Shown: positions 1 to 10,184, numbered from the stretch's first letter. The stretch is 64,000 nt of DNA from an uncultured Gammaproteobacteria bacterium (GCA_943788005.1 CALSOP010000003.1:68690-132689), one strand, 5' to 3'. The notes: generated from the sequence alone by a model not told the origin. Numbers and translations are program-made.

Positions 1-987
1 TTTGTCTTCCAATAACCAACCATTATCAATTTTTTTAGCCTTGCCCAGAGGTTTTCTAATAAAGAATTCTTCCCCATGTTTAACATATACCCACGGTTCA
101 TTGGCATACCAAACAACAGCTTTATCCGTAATAAAATAACCCTCGCTAATATTGCCACTCTCCTCTACCCATGCGAACAAACGCATTCTCGATCTCACTT
201 TCTGTGAATCAAGTAAATAAAAATAACTCTCTCCATAAAGTGGATTATTAACCTCTTTTGCTTGTTCAAGATAAAGGGTCTTTTGCGCTGTTTCTCTTTT
301 ATTTAAGCCACTGACAAAGACTGCTTGATTCTGGTAGTCCAGCGATTCACTTTTGGGTAAAGATAACAATATAAGTGCTTTTTGTTGCGCAGTTATTTCA
401 TTGAACGCACCCTGCTGTTCTTTATCAAAAATAAGCTTAGATAATTTGTCACCCCAACTAGATTTGGCCTTGAAAACAAAACCATTCACACGTGTATTGA
501 CTGCATTTAGTTCAGATGATTTTTGATCACGTTCAAAACGGAGCTTCTCCAGTTCACGCGTTGAAAGACTTTTTGCTTTATGCAATGCCTCTGCGCGCTC
601 CAGGATTTTATTATGATTATTTAAATCATTCTGCAATACCTTACGTTCTGCTAATAAATTCTGATGCTCTGCCTTCAAAGAGACCAACGGTTGCACATCT
701 ATAACTTCTGCATATGCAATAAACTCTGGTCTGATTGAAATACTTTTTAACGGCTCAAACTTCAGCCCTGACGCATCAGCAACTTCTTCATCCAGTGCTA
801 TTGCTTTATAACCATCAATGATTAAGATTCTTTCTTCTTCATCCTCTTCATCATCATTTTCATCTGCATTATCATTTACTATTAAGTCACTTATTAGATC
901 ACTGTCTTTATCAATAGTACGGACAGCCAGAAACATCGCTAAACTAATAATCAATAAAATAAGGAAGGATTTAATTAACCAATTCAT
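1..987 (-). CDS. efflux transporter periplasmic adaptor (membrane-fusion protein, HlyD/CzcB-like); 3' end runs off the window
   Basis: Own minus-strand translation from ATG at 987-985: MNWLIKSFLILLIISLAMFLAV (TM anchor), an acidic linker, a long coiled-coil stretch (LKAEHQNLLAERKVLQNDLNNHNKILERAEALHKAK), then a beta-rich part. The start overlaps the stop of the upstream outer-membrane factor gene by 17 nt. Absent from the ORF track because the stop lies outside the window. Confidence 0.55.
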   Translation of the reverse strand, partial: MNWLIKSFLILLIISLAMFLAVRTIDKDSDLISDLIVNDNADENDDEEDEEERILIIDGYKAIALDEEVADASGLKFEPLKSISIRPEFIAYAEVIDVQPLVSLKAEHQNLLAERKVLQNDLNNHNKILERAEALHKAKSLSTRELEKLRFERDQKSSELNAVNTRVNGFVFKAKSSWGDKLSKLIFDKEQQGAFNEITAQQKALILLSLPKSESLDYQNQAVFVSGLNKRETAQKTLYLEQAKEVNNPLYGESYFYLLDSQKVRSRMRLFAWVEESGNISEGYFITDKAVVWYANEPWVYVKHGEEFFIRKPLGKAKKIDNGWLLEDK

Positions 988-2485
988 TATTACTTCTCTC
1001 TTCAATCTGTTTTAACCATGAGGCCACAACATCATTTATATTTAATTCGGAATGCGAATTTTGTAACAGGTGATCCATTTCCAACATAGCATTAATAGCA
1101 TTATTATAAACCGCAATTTGCTCTTGCCTTGCTTTATAAAATTCTTTCCTATTTCTTAATAATGCAACACTATCTAAGCCACCAATGTCTATTTGAGTTT
1201 TTATTTCGTTCGCACGTAGTTCTATAGATTCAATAATTTCATCACTTACTTGAAGAGCTTTTTTGTGGCGTATTATTGAGCGATGTATTTTATACAAGGA
1301 ACTCATCAATTCTTTCTGTAATACAATTATTTTTTGCTGCTTTATTTTACGTTCTTCAAGTGCAGCTAATATATTCATATTTTGTTCTGTGTTTTCAAAA
1401 AGTGGCAAAATCCATGATGAACCCAAAGACCAGATATTATCGGATTGTTCAAATATAAACCCGGGCGATAACACGATATCTGGATATTGCTTTTCGATCT
1501 TTAGTCGGAGGTCTGCTTCTGACAAAGCATATTGATTTAATGTAATTGCCATATCTAAATGGTTTTCTAACATAATCTTCTGCAAATCAGTAAGTTTAGC
1601 TGAAATATATTTCGACTCTTTATATTCCGAATTTGCGAATAACAGCGGAGATATAGTCGCTATATTAATTCCATCTAGTTCTGGATATGCTAAGTGGGTC
1701 ATAGCCAATAACTCATCCACCCGATCTTGCAAAGTATTTTCTTGAACAGTCAACTGAAATACGCCTTGCTGTAATTCTAACTTTGTACTGTTTAATTCAA
1801 ATTGACTCACTGCACCTAATTCAAATTGGTTTTGCAACTGGGCTAATAATTCCTTTAGGACGTTTATTTCATTTCTTAATTCTGAAATAGTCGCCTGTTG
1901 AACAATATATTGATGATATCGCTTTTCAAATAAACCATATCGTTCTAAAGCAAGTTGGTTTATCTTCAGACTCGCATTTAATAAATTCACTTCTGCTTTA
2001 GCTTTTCTTGCTTCTTGCTTACTTTTACGCTCGTAAATAAAGCTCAAAACTGAACCAATAGTCCATAAATTTGATGTATCAGTATTATCGCTATGATGTG
2101 CAAACGGTAATGAAATTTGTGGATTTATTATATAGTCGCTATGGTCAACGACAATTTTCGCTTGTTTCCATTTTTTATAAGCCACTTGCATTTCTGGGTC
2201 ATAAAATAGGCCAGTCAAAAACAAGCGATTAATAGAAAATGCATTACTTTTCAATTCAACAGCCAATACTCCATTCTCTTTTAGAAAACGGCTTAGCTCA
2301 GGGTTATCTATGGTCCAGGAATTGATTTCTGTGAACACCTCTGCAAAATTAACAGGTTCTTCCTGATAGACGTGTTTCGCACAACCCTGTAGGCCCATGC
2401 AAACCAGGAATAAAATAAAAAAACATTTCATAAACTGAGTCGCAGACTTAGGTATAGTGCTAAATCGTATTAATTGAAATGGCAT
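971..2485 (-). CDS. outer membrane efflux lipoprotein (TolC/NodT/CzcC-type outer membrane factor)
   Basis: 504-aa ORF with a lipobox signal peptide (MKCFFILFLVCMGLQGC), which suggests the real start is the internal Met at 2431. Two long helical coiled-coil halves typical of OMF proteins. Translationally coupled to the adaptor gene downstream. Confidence 0.75.
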   Translation of the reverse strand: MPFQLIRFSTIPKSATQFMKCFFILFLVCMGLQGCAKHVYQEEPVNFAEVFTEINSWTIDNPELSRFLKENGVLAVELKSNAFSINRLFLTGLFYDPEMQVAYKKWKQAKIVVDHSDYIINPQISLPFAHHSDNTDTSNLWTIGSVLSFIYERKSKQEARKAKAEVNLLNASLKINQLALERYGLFEKRYHQYIVQQATISELRNEINVLKELLAQLQNQFELGAVSQFELNSTKLELQQGVFQLTVQENTLQDRVDELLAMTHLAYPELDGINIATISPLLFANSEYKESKYISAKLTDLQKIMLENHLDMAITLNQYALSEADLRLKIEKQYPDIVLSPGFIFEQSDNIWSLGSSWILPLFENTEQNMNILAALEERKIKQQKIIVLQKELMSSLYKIHRSIIRHKKALQVSDEIIESIELRANEIKTQIDIGGLDSVALLRNRKEFYKARQEQIAVYNNAINAMLEMDHLLQNSHSELNINDVVASWLKQIEERSNNELVN

Positions 2486-2561
2486 ATTTAAAGAGAATCG
2501 AATTACTTGTGTTTATTATTAATTCTCATCTATTAGCAGCTTAAAATGCTACTTTCGTTAA

Positions 2562-3521
2562 ATGAGTAAATATTTTATGTCTATGAATAATATAGTTATT
2601 GTCCTCCTTTGTCTGTTGATTATTCCCGCATCTTCCTTTGCAGAGACTGGTTTGTCAGACGAATGCGAAGAATTCAGGTCATTCCCAGAGAAAACTGTCG
2701 AGAATGCAGCGCCAAATGAAGCTAGCCCATTCAAGGAAGGCTTACTTTGGAAAGTTGAAACCCCTCAAGGAAAGCTTAATTACCTGTTCGGCACCATGCA
2801 CTCACAGGATTATGCCGTTAGTAGATTCCCCCCCGAGGTACGGCTTGCTCTGGTTAAAAGCAAAACATTGATTCTGGAAACGATTCCAGATGAAGAGGCT
2901 AATCAGGCCTTCATAGATATGATGTATTTTAAAGATGGCCAACAACTGGACAACATCCTTGAAGCAGAATTTTTTCATGAATTAAAAAACCGGATAACAG
3001 GCTATGGCGTTGAACCCGAAAAATTGAAGCACCTAAAACCTTGGGCAGCATTTAGTCTAATGGGAAGACCCAAACCTGTTAGGGCGCCTACTCTTGAGAG
3101 CAATCTATTACGCTTTGCACAACAGCATATGCTAAAAGTAAAATCTCTGGAGTCGATGCGGGAAATACTTTCAGCGCTAGATGACTTGCTAATGGATGAC
3201 CAGTTAACCATCCTAAAAGATACCATCTGCAATCACGATGAAATAATTCGGGAAACTAAAACTCTGGTCGATATCTATGTAAATCGCGATCTTGCCGGAT
3301 TGGTGGCATTCAATAAACAGCCGCATCATGACAAAGCAGTTTTCGACCGCTTTATGCAGAGCGTACTATACGACCGAAATATAATAATGCTTGAAAGAAT
3401 AAAAAAAGCATTCGGCTATGGGAATGCCTTTGTCGCCGTTGGTGCATCTCACCTGACGGATGAGAAAGGACTACTGAGTTTATTGTATAATCAGGGCTAT
3501 ATTCTTTCACCTATCTACTGA
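2562..3521 (+). CDS. TraB/GumN family protein (secreted)
   Basis: Signal peptide and the family-typical N-terminal motif LNYLFGTMHSQD, followed by the C-terminal VAVGASHL motif. Confidence 0.7.
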   Translation: MSKYFMSMNNIVIVLLCLLIIPASSFAETGLSDECEEFRSFPEKTVENAAPNEASPFKEGLLWKVETPQGKLNYLFGTMHSQDYAVSRFPPEVRLALVKSKTLILETIPDEEANQAFIDMMYFKDGQQLDNILEAEFFHELKNRITGYGVEPEKLKHLKPWAAFSLMGRPKPVRAPTLESNLLRFAQQHMLKVKSLESMREILSALDDLLMDDQLTILKDTICNHDEIIRETKTLVDIYVNRDLAGLVAFNKQPHHDKAVFDRFMQSVLYDRNIIMLERIKKAFGYGNAFVAVGASHLTDEKGLLSLLYNQGYILSPIY

Positions 3522-3842
3522 TCACTTGTCTGTTTTATATCTAATTTCTTACTACAGAATAACTGATTAGCGGAAAGTATGATCTAGATCAATTTTTGAT
3601 AATATTTATATATTAATTACTGCTGAATTTAAGCGAAAAATATTTGTTACGTTACTTAAAAGCTAGTGTCATTAAGGCTTTTTCCGCGAGATACCATTAG
3701 ATCACACCCAAAATTGACAGAAAAAAACACCTTGATTTTTTCATTGCTGCAGCGCATCATTTTATTGTTGATTCATTTAAAAAGCTAAAAATATTAAAGC
3801 ATCCAATATCTTTACCTTTTTAAATTTATTTGAGGCACTAGT

Positions 3843-4244
3843 ATGAAAAAAAGTAACACCATCTGCTCATCCATTTTAATGACAGCATCATTAATGTTCA
3901 GTAATTTCGCAATCGCTGATGCTGCGATGGAAAAGCTTGCAATGGATAGTGGCTGCATAACATGCCATAGCATTAATTCTGATAATCCGGGCGATAATTC
4001 ATCAAAAGAGTTACCTATTGGCCCATCTTTTTATGACATTTCTACTCGTTTTCATAGCAATGAGCATTATGTCACTTACGAAGAGCTCGTTCGCACCATT
4101 AAGTACGGCAGTAGTCCATATCGTTCTCACTGGAAAGAGAAAATAACTGGTTTGGCGATGCCACCAAATAGTGAAACGATGTCCGATATTGATATGAATA
4201 AATTATTGATTTGGATATTGTCGTTAAATGATCAACAGAGTTAA
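3843..4244 (+). CDS. small periplasmic c-type cytochrome
   Basis: Signal peptide (…FSNFAIADA) and a single CXXCH haem-binding site (CITCH), with a distal Met (GLAMPP) as the probable sixth ligand. Confidence 0.7.
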   Translation: MKKSNTICSSILMTASLMFSNFAIADAAMEKLAMDSGCITCHSINSDNPGDNSSKELPIGPSFYDISTRFHSNEHYVTYEELVRTIKYGSSPYRSHWKEKITGLAMPPNSETMSDIDMNKLLIWILSLNDQQS

Positions 4245-4265
4245 ACATTGATCTTTATGTAAACC

Positions 4266-4296
4266 AAAAACAGTGGGCCTCTTGGCTCACTGTTTT
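4266..4296. terminator. bidirectional rho-independent terminator between convergent cytochrome c and DUF1244 genes
   Basis: aaaaacagtg-(12 nt loop)-cactgtttt: a 9-10 bp stem flanked by an A-run on the left and a T-run on the right. Confidence 0.5.
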
Positions 4297-4345
4297 GAGA
4301 ATGAATACATCTATATATTTGTATGAATTGAATTTATAAATACTT

Positions 4346-4657
4346 TTACTGTTCCTCGGCTCCATTACGACCCATTACTTCATCAAACTTTTCCTTTTGC
4401 TCTGCGCTCGCTTCACTCTGATAACGTTCTTTCCATTCTGAATACGGCATGCCATAAACAATTTCTCGAGCTTTGTCATAATCCATTTCGATTTCTTTCT
4501 CTTCTGCTGCAGCTAAATACCATTTTGATAAACAATTGCGGCAAAAACTGGCTAAGTTCATAAGATCAATATTTTGTACATCCGTATGCTCTCTTAGATG
4601 TTCTACTAAACGACGAAACGTCGCAGCTTCAAGTTCAATTTTTGTCTGTTCGTCCAC
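4346..4657 (-). CDS. DUF1244 family protein
   Basis: 103 aa. Pattern ELEAATFRRLVEHLREHTDVQNIDLMNLASFCRNCLSKWY matches my memory of the DUF1244 family. Confidence 0.65.
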   Translation of the reverse strand: MDEQTKIELEAATFRRLVEHLREHTDVQNIDLMNLASFCRNCLSKWYLAAAEEKEIEMDYDKAREIVYGMPYSEWKERYQSEASAEQKEKFDEVMGRNGAEEQ

Positions 4658-4748
4658 TTTAGCTAACCCTCATGATTTTTGATTTATGTGCGATGCAACA
4701 TCGGTTATCATAACGTTTAATTCCATTATTATATAGATCAGGTCAAGT

Positions 4749-6091
4749 ATGGCGGAGAATAACAAGGCACTTCATAGAATTGTTATAGTCGGCGGTGGCG
4801 CAGGCGGTCTTGAATTGGCAGCAAGGCTCGGTAAGAAGTTAGGGAAAAAGAAAAAAGCCGAGATCACACTCGTCGATGCCACATTGACTCACTTGTGGAA
4901 ACCGCTTCTTCATGAAGTCGCCGCGGGCACCTTAAATTCCTACGATGACGAGTTGAGTTATCTGGCATTAGGCTCATAAAAACCACTTCAGATTCAGGCT
5001 TGGTCGCATGGACACCCTAGACAGGCAAAAACAAGAGATTAGCCTGCACCCCAACGCTTGATGTTAATGGCGTTGAATATATTCCACGGCGCACCTTCAA
5101 ATATGACACCTCTGGTGTTTGCTGTTGGCAGTATAACCAATGACTTTGGTATCAAAGGTATAAAAGACCACTGCATGTTTTTAGATACTCGAGTAGAAGC
5201 AGACTTATTCCATCAGCATTTTTTCAGAAATGCTTATACGGCTCATGCACAAACCACAGGGCTGCGTGAAGGTCAGTTGAAGATTGCCATTGCCGGAGCT
5301 GGCGCAACGGGTGTTGAGTTGTCCGCTGAATTGCATGAAGCCATTAACCAATTAGTCGAATTCGGTCTTGATGGTATCCCTAAAGAAAATGTAAAAATCA
5401 CGATAATTGAAGCCGCAGAAAGAATACTACCTGCCCTGCCGCCAGATCTATCAGAAAAGACCACAAATGCACTCAGTAAAATAGACGTTGAAGTTTTAAC
5501 AAACCATCGGATTTCTGAAGCGACTGAATTGGGTTATGTTACAGACAAAGGTGGGCTCATCCCCTCTGAAATTAAAGTCTGGGCGGCAGGCATTAAGGCG
5601 CCTGACTTCTTAGCAGAAATAGCTGGCCTCGAAACCAATAGGATTAATCAGCTCGTTGTGAAAGAAACATTGGAAACAACGCGCGATGAAGAATATTTTT
5701 GCATTGGGTGACTGCGCCGCATGCCCCATGAAAGGCACGGACCAGAACGTACCGCCACGGGCGCAGGCTGCTAATCAGCAAGCAACTATGTTGCTTAAAT
5801 CGATTAATCAATCGCATGAATAATAAACCCCTGCCAACATATACTTATGTTGATTACGGTTCATTGATTAATCTGAATCCGCTACTCGACTGTTGGCAAC
5901 ATGATGGGCAATCTGCTTGGGTAAAAAAGCAGGCAGTCGTATCATGATTGAAGGTGTATCTGGCCAGGTTTGTTTATTGGTCACTCTATAAAATGCATCA
6001 AGTTGTCATTCAAGGCGTTATTCGTGTAACACTAACAACCATTGCAAACTTCCTGACACAGAAAACAAAACCAAGAATGAAATTACACTAG
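4749..6091 (+). pseudogene. ndh: type II NADH dehydrogenase (Ndh), reading frame broken many times
   Basis: N-terminal FAD fold [18 protein letters not shown], a second dinucleotide fold IAIAGAGATGVELSAEL, and IFALGDCAACP plus the C-terminal ...TKPRMKLH are recoverable only by switching frame at least 8 times (e.g. C-run 5049-5052, ~5108, ~5695, ~5815, ~5880, ~5925, ~5965). The ORF track shows only the fragments 4749..4979 and 5058..5711. Confidence 0.8.
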
Positions 6092-6229
6092 ATTATTGAT
6101 TAGTGCCGCTACCGATCAAGTTCAGCAGATTCTAATCTGAGTTATTGAGGTCGCATGTAGTAGGCTGTTAAAAATTTTTATATGGTTTCGGCATTTCGTT
6201 ATTTAACGTAATACTTCTCTCGTAAGACT

Positions 6230-6898
6230 TTACTCCTCAACCCTTACAAGTTCATCTTTAATTTTCTTAAGTATTGAAATATAGTTTTCAACACCTTGTG
6301 CACCGGTCACAAGATGCTGCTGATTTATGACCATGGCGGGTACACCGCTAATGCCTCGGTCAATCCAAGATTTTTCTTCATCCCTAATGTCTTTTGCGAA
6401 ACGGCCGTCCTCTAAAATTTCTGATGCTTCTTCTGGATTAAGCCCAATATTTCCAGCAGATACGGCTAAGACACCTGGATTGCCAACATGAAGTCGACGA
6501 GTAAAAAACGCATTAAACAACTCCATTTTAAGCTCGTGCTGCATCCCTTTCGTAGCCGCCCAATGTAACAATTGATGAGCCAGAAATGTATTGTACATGC
6601 GCATGTCATCGGCATAATTAAATTCGAACCCAAGCTCTGCTCCCAGCGCTGTAATACGCGCACGAGCCTCCACGCTCCCTTCACTAGTTGTTCCATATTT
6701 TGCTGCGGTATGTTCACGGAGATTTTCTCCTTGTGAATCCATCTGCGGATTGAGTTCAAATGGATGCCAAATGATATTCGCCGTCAAGTCAGTCGCAAGA
6801 AGCGCCTTTTCTAGTTGTTTGAAACCAATAATACACCATGGACATACAACATCAGATACGATGTCAAAGCGAATTGATTGTTTAGGAATGATCGTCAT
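6230..6898 (-). CDS. DsbA-family thiol oxidoreductase (FrnE / 2-hydroxychromene-2-carboxylate isomerase-like)
   Basis: N-terminal thioredoxin-fold active site FDIVSDVVCPWCIIG and C-terminal GVPAMVINQQHLVTGAQ. Confidence 0.75.
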   Translation of the reverse strand: MTIIPKQSIRFDIVSDVVCPWCIIGFKQLEKALLATDLTANIIWHPFELNPQMDSQGENLREHTAAKYGTTSEGSVEARARITALGAELGFEFNYADDMRMYNTFLAHQLLHWAATKGMQHELKMELFNAFFTRRLHVGNPGVLAVSAGNIGLNPEEASEILEDGRFAKDIRDEEKSWIDRGISGVPAMVINQQHLVTGAQGVENYISILKKIKDELVRVEE

Positions 6899-7000
6899 TC
6901 TCTCTTAACTTCCGATTTTTGTCGGCTGCGGTCGTTGCATTCTGAGGTCAATACCCTTTTTTTCCATTTCGGATATTCATCCATAATACCTTTAAACTAA

Positions 7001-8404
7001 CTACAAATTATATTTTTTGATACGGTAACGTAATGCCATACGAGTAATACCGAGTTCTCGTGAGGCTTTAGAGACATTTCGGTTTGTTCGCTCTAATGCT
7101 TGCTTGATCAAATGTAATTCTGCTTCACCTAAGGTCAGATCTTCGTTCATTTCATTTTCACTTGCTTTTACACTTTCCTTTTTATCAAGACCAAGAATAT
7201 CGGCATCGAGCAAGCCGCTGCCATTTAACAAAACAGCGCGTTCGATTAAATGCTTCATCTCACGCACATTACCTGGCCAAGCATAGTCTTGTAATACATC
7301 ACTGGCCTCATCAGTAAAACCTTCAAACTCTAAACCATAACGTCTCGAAGTTTGTGCAGCAAAATGATTGGCTAATAACAAGATATCATCATCTCGCTCT
7401 CTCAATGCTGGCATGGAAAGAGAGATAACATTTAATCGGTAGTATAGATCCTGTCGGAACTCACCTTTCTCCGCGAGCGTTTCAATGTCACGGTTTGTTG
7501 CTGCAATAATCCAAGCAGCAACGGGACGTTCCTGTGTTGTTCCTACCTTACGTAAGGTTCGCCTTTCGAGAACTGCTAATAATTTTGATTGCAGATCTAG
7601 TGGCAATTCACCAATTTCATCAAGGAATAACACGCCATCTTCTGCAGCTTCGATTAAACCGGTGCGAGCTACATGCGCATTGGTGAACGCACCCTTTTCA
7701 TGCCCAAACAATTCTGACTCAATCAGATCTTTTGGTAATGAAGCGCAATCAACGTGTACAAATGGTTTTTCATATCGAGAACTGGTCGCATGCAATAGGC
7801 GAGCAACAACATCTTTGCCTGCTCCAGTCTCGCCCAATATGAGCACCGTTGGTGGAATAATCGAACCAGATTGAGATAATTTTGATATCCGTTCAACCTG
7901 CCCACGCACATCATTAATTTTTTTACATTCACCTAAAAACTCAACAGTTTCAGTAGCATGTTGTTCGCGTTTTACAGAGTATGTTAATTTTTGCGTTAAT
8001 TCATTCTTATCGAATACTTTTTCTACATTAAGTAGTAGCTCATCTAAATCGATTGGTTTTTTTAAATAATCTGAAGCCCCTAATTTCATTGCTGAGACAG
8101 CATCTTCTAATTCACCGTAGGCAGACATAACGAGCACGGCAATATTAGCATTTGATGATTTAACTTCTGTAAGTAGATCTAGACCGGAACCATCTGGTAA
8201 ACGCATATCGAGTAGAATCAGATCAGGTGCATGCTCATTAAATTCTCTTCTCGCAATTTCCAGATCGCCCGCTAAAAATACTTTATAGCCAGCACGCTCT
8301 AAATGTTTTTTCACAGCCTTTGCAAAAACCGCTTCGTCTTCTACCAATAAGATCTTTTTTTCCAAGACAGGGACTTCAGCAGATGTAATCAATGGTTCAC
8401 TCAC
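7001..8404 (-). CDS. sigma-54-dependent response regulator (NtrC family: REC + AAA+ + Fis-type HTH)
   Basis: REC domain (ILLVEDE…DLILLDMRLPDGSG), Walker A GETGAGKD, the sigma-54 contact motif ESELFGHEKGAFTNA, and a C-terminal HTH NVSKASRELGITRMALRYRIKKY. Overlaps the kinase gene by 8 nt. Confidence 0.9.
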   Translation of the reverse strand: MSEPLITSAEVPVLEKKILLVEDEAVFAKAVKKHLERAGYKVFLAGDLEIARREFNEHAPDLILLDMRLPDGSGLDLLTEVKSSNANIAVLVMSAYGELEDAVSAMKLGASDYLKKPIDLDELLLNVEKVFDKNELTQKLTYSVKREQHATETVEFLGECKKINDVRGQVERISKLSQSGSIIPPTVLILGETGAGKDVVARLLHATSSRYEKPFVHVDCASLPKDLIESELFGHEKGAFTNAHVARTGLIEAAEDGVLFLDEIGELPLDLQSKLLAVLERRTLRKVGTTQERPVAAWIIAATNRDIETLAEKGEFRQDLYYRLNVISLSMPALRERDDDILLLANHFAAQTSRRYGLEFEGFTDEASDVLQDYAWPGNVREMKHLIERAVLLNGSGLLDADILGLDKKESVKASENEMNEDLTLGEAELHLIKQALERTNRNVSKASRELGITRMALRYRIKKYNL

Positions 8405-9941
8405 TAGTGCCTACCTCGCTTAAACTATGTATGGGTGCAGCAATTATCACTTCGGTTCCTCGTTCTTCTATGACATTAAACCTTAAATTCCAGCCGTGCT
8501 TTTGACAGATCTTAAATGCAATGGGTATCCCTAAACCAGTACCAAACCGTTTTGTTGATGGTCCAGGTTCAAAATTGCTCGGCTTAGGTTCAAACGGTAA
8601 ACCAGGCCCGCTGTCCAAAATATGAATTTCGATATAATCTTCGGCATGTGAAAGACTTATCTTAATTTCACCTGACACTGGAGAGGCATCTACTGCATTC
8701 GCTAATAATGTGTATAAGGCTTGTTCCATCAAATCCGGATCAACTTTTAATTCTTGTGAAATTTCCCAACCCGTTTTTATAACCTCGATTTTCTTTTCCA
8801 TTATTTTATTAACTAGCAAGCCTAATGCTGCATCTACGAGGTCAGATGCCTTTGCTTCAATTAAGTTTGGTTTCAATGGATGCAGATAAGAGACTAATGA
8901 ACTGACCCAACGACCTAATCGATCAATCGTTTCAATAATTGCCTCTTTAGATTCATCTATCTCTTCCTGATTTTCAGCATGTTCTAGCAATTGCGCTGTG
9001 GCTCTAATGCTAGCGAGTGGATTTCGAATATTGTGTGCAACAACAGGGACCAACGCGCCTAATGCCGCTTGCCTTTCATTTTCAATTAATGCATTTCTAT
9101 TCTCAGCCAGTTCTACCGCCATCTTGTTTATAGCTTTGGCCAGATCAGATACTTCTTCTACGCCCTCTTCTTTTATATGGTATTCGAGATTGCCATGACT
9201 AATCTCTCCTGCGCCACGCATGACATTAGCTATCGGCTTAATAAACCCCTTACGCATCACCTGCCTGGTATATATAACAATAATAAATGCGATGATTAAT
9301 GGTATCGGAATGATAAACGGTGCGAATTTAGTCCACACCGCTAATGTCTCACCTAGTTTTTTATGTTTGTCCGTCAATAATTCTTTAAAGGCGCTATATC
9401 TATTTTCAAACTTACCTACCATCTGTTGGGCGAAGGCTGGGTTTAGGATTTGAATTCTTGCAAACTGATCTGCGACGTATGGATTATCAAAAATATTATT
9501 CATATCACGTTGGATTTCACGATATGACAGATTCATCGCTTGAATGGCATTGTCAGTTTCTCTGGATCTAGAGTTTTGCCTCAATTCATTAAAACGCTCG
9601 GAGATACTACGAGAATATTCGGGATAGGCTTCAAATGCGCGAGAATCTTCTAAAACGCGAGCACGTATCATCTCCTGAATTTGGGCATATAGTTCACCTC
9701 TAATCTGTTCTGTAAGATAAAACATGGAGTTAATACGTACCGATTCTGCAGAGTTTTGATGCCAGAAAGAGGCTGACAGTCCACCTAACAAACCGGTCAC
9801 CGCAACCAGAAATAGAATTGCTACTTCGTGTATAAATAATAGTTTTTTTAAAGACTTAGGTCTGCTGAATGCCATCGTTGGAGTATAACTTATAATGGTT
9901 CTTTTCAACCAGAAAATTGGATAATAATAGCCAAAAACCAC
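8397..9941 (-). CDS. membrane sensor histidine kinase (periplasmic sensor, HAMP, HisKA, HATPase)
   Basis: Two TM segments, an H-box VAHNIRNPLASI, and G-boxes DSGPGLP / GTGLGIPI. The real start is possibly the internal Met (MAFSRPKSL) at 9875. Confidence 0.85.
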   Translation of the reverse strand: MVFGYYYPIFWLKRTIISYTPTMAFSRPKSLKKLLFIHEVAILFLVAVTGLLGGLSASFWHQNSAESVRINSMFYLTEQIRGELYAQIQEMIRARVLEDSRAFEAYPEYSRSISERFNELRQNSRSRETDNAIQAMNLSYREIQRDMNNIFDNPYVADQFARIQILNPAFAQQMVGKFENRYSAFKELLTDKHKKLGETLAVWTKFAPFIIPIPLIIAFIIVIYTRQVMRKGFIKPIANVMRGAGEISHGNLEYHIKEEGVEEVSDLAKAINKMAVELAENRNALIENERQAALGALVPVVAHNIRNPLASIRATAQLLEHAENQEEIDESKEAIIETIDRLGRWVSSLVSYLHPLKPNLIEAKASDLVDAALGLLVNKIMEKKIEVIKTGWEISQELKVDPDLMEQALYTLLANAVDASPVSGEIKISLSHAEDYIEIHILDSGPGLPFEPKPSNFEPGPSTKRFGTGLGIPIAFKICQKHGWNLRFNVIEERGTEVIIAAPIHSLSEVGTSE

Positions 9942-10109
9942 TAATATTTTTCAACCAAACAATAACAGTTATTTTTTATATCATTGTTTTTATTGCTTAT
10001 TTTTAATTATTCCTAAATTGGCACGATTGATGGATAGTAAAAGGTGCACACACATTTTGTGTCCCAGCTAGCTGGGTTCTTTTAACAATAACATTTGAGG
10101 AGAGTTACT

Positions 10110-10184
10110 ATGAAATGGGATACTCCAGAATACAGCGACATTCGTTTTGGCTTTGAAGTAACGATGTACATCAACAACAAGTAA
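10110..10184 (+). CDS. pqqA: coenzyme PQQ precursor peptide PqqA
   Basis: 24-codon ORF MKWDTPEYSDIRFGFEVTMYINNK with the invariant E-x3-Y (EVTMY) pair. Closely resembles the known PqqA pattern M-x-W-x-K-P-x-x-x-D-L-R-x-G-F-E-V-T-M-Y. SD GAGGAG lies at 10097-10102 and a strong terminator follows. Too short for the ORF track. Confidence 0.85.
   Translation: MKWDTPEYSDIRFGFEVTMYINNK

Noticed and set aside
3581-3600. gatctagatc palindrome and ATCAA-ttt-TTGAT motif upstream of the cytochrome c gene as an FNR/CRP site
   Set aside because: The half-sites are in the wrong orientation and spacing for the TTGAT-N4-ATCAA consensus, and short palindromes are expected by chance in AT-rich spacers.
7485-7874. 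Long antisense ORFs inside well-supported genes (e.g. 7485..7874, 23257..23592, 35587..35892, 36023..36358, 31475..31750, 44161..44442)
   Set aside because: Each is fully nested opposite a conserved gene and has an Ser/Ala/Pro/Ile-biased composition with no recognisable motif. This is typical of shadow ORFs.
10019-10034. Possible sigma-54 promoter TGGCACgattgaTGGa upstream of pqqA
   Set aside because: The -24 block is perfect and the spacing is correct, but the -12 position reads GG instead of the near-invariant GC. On sequence alone this is too weak to call. It is kept only as a hint in the finding on the 9942-10109 control region.
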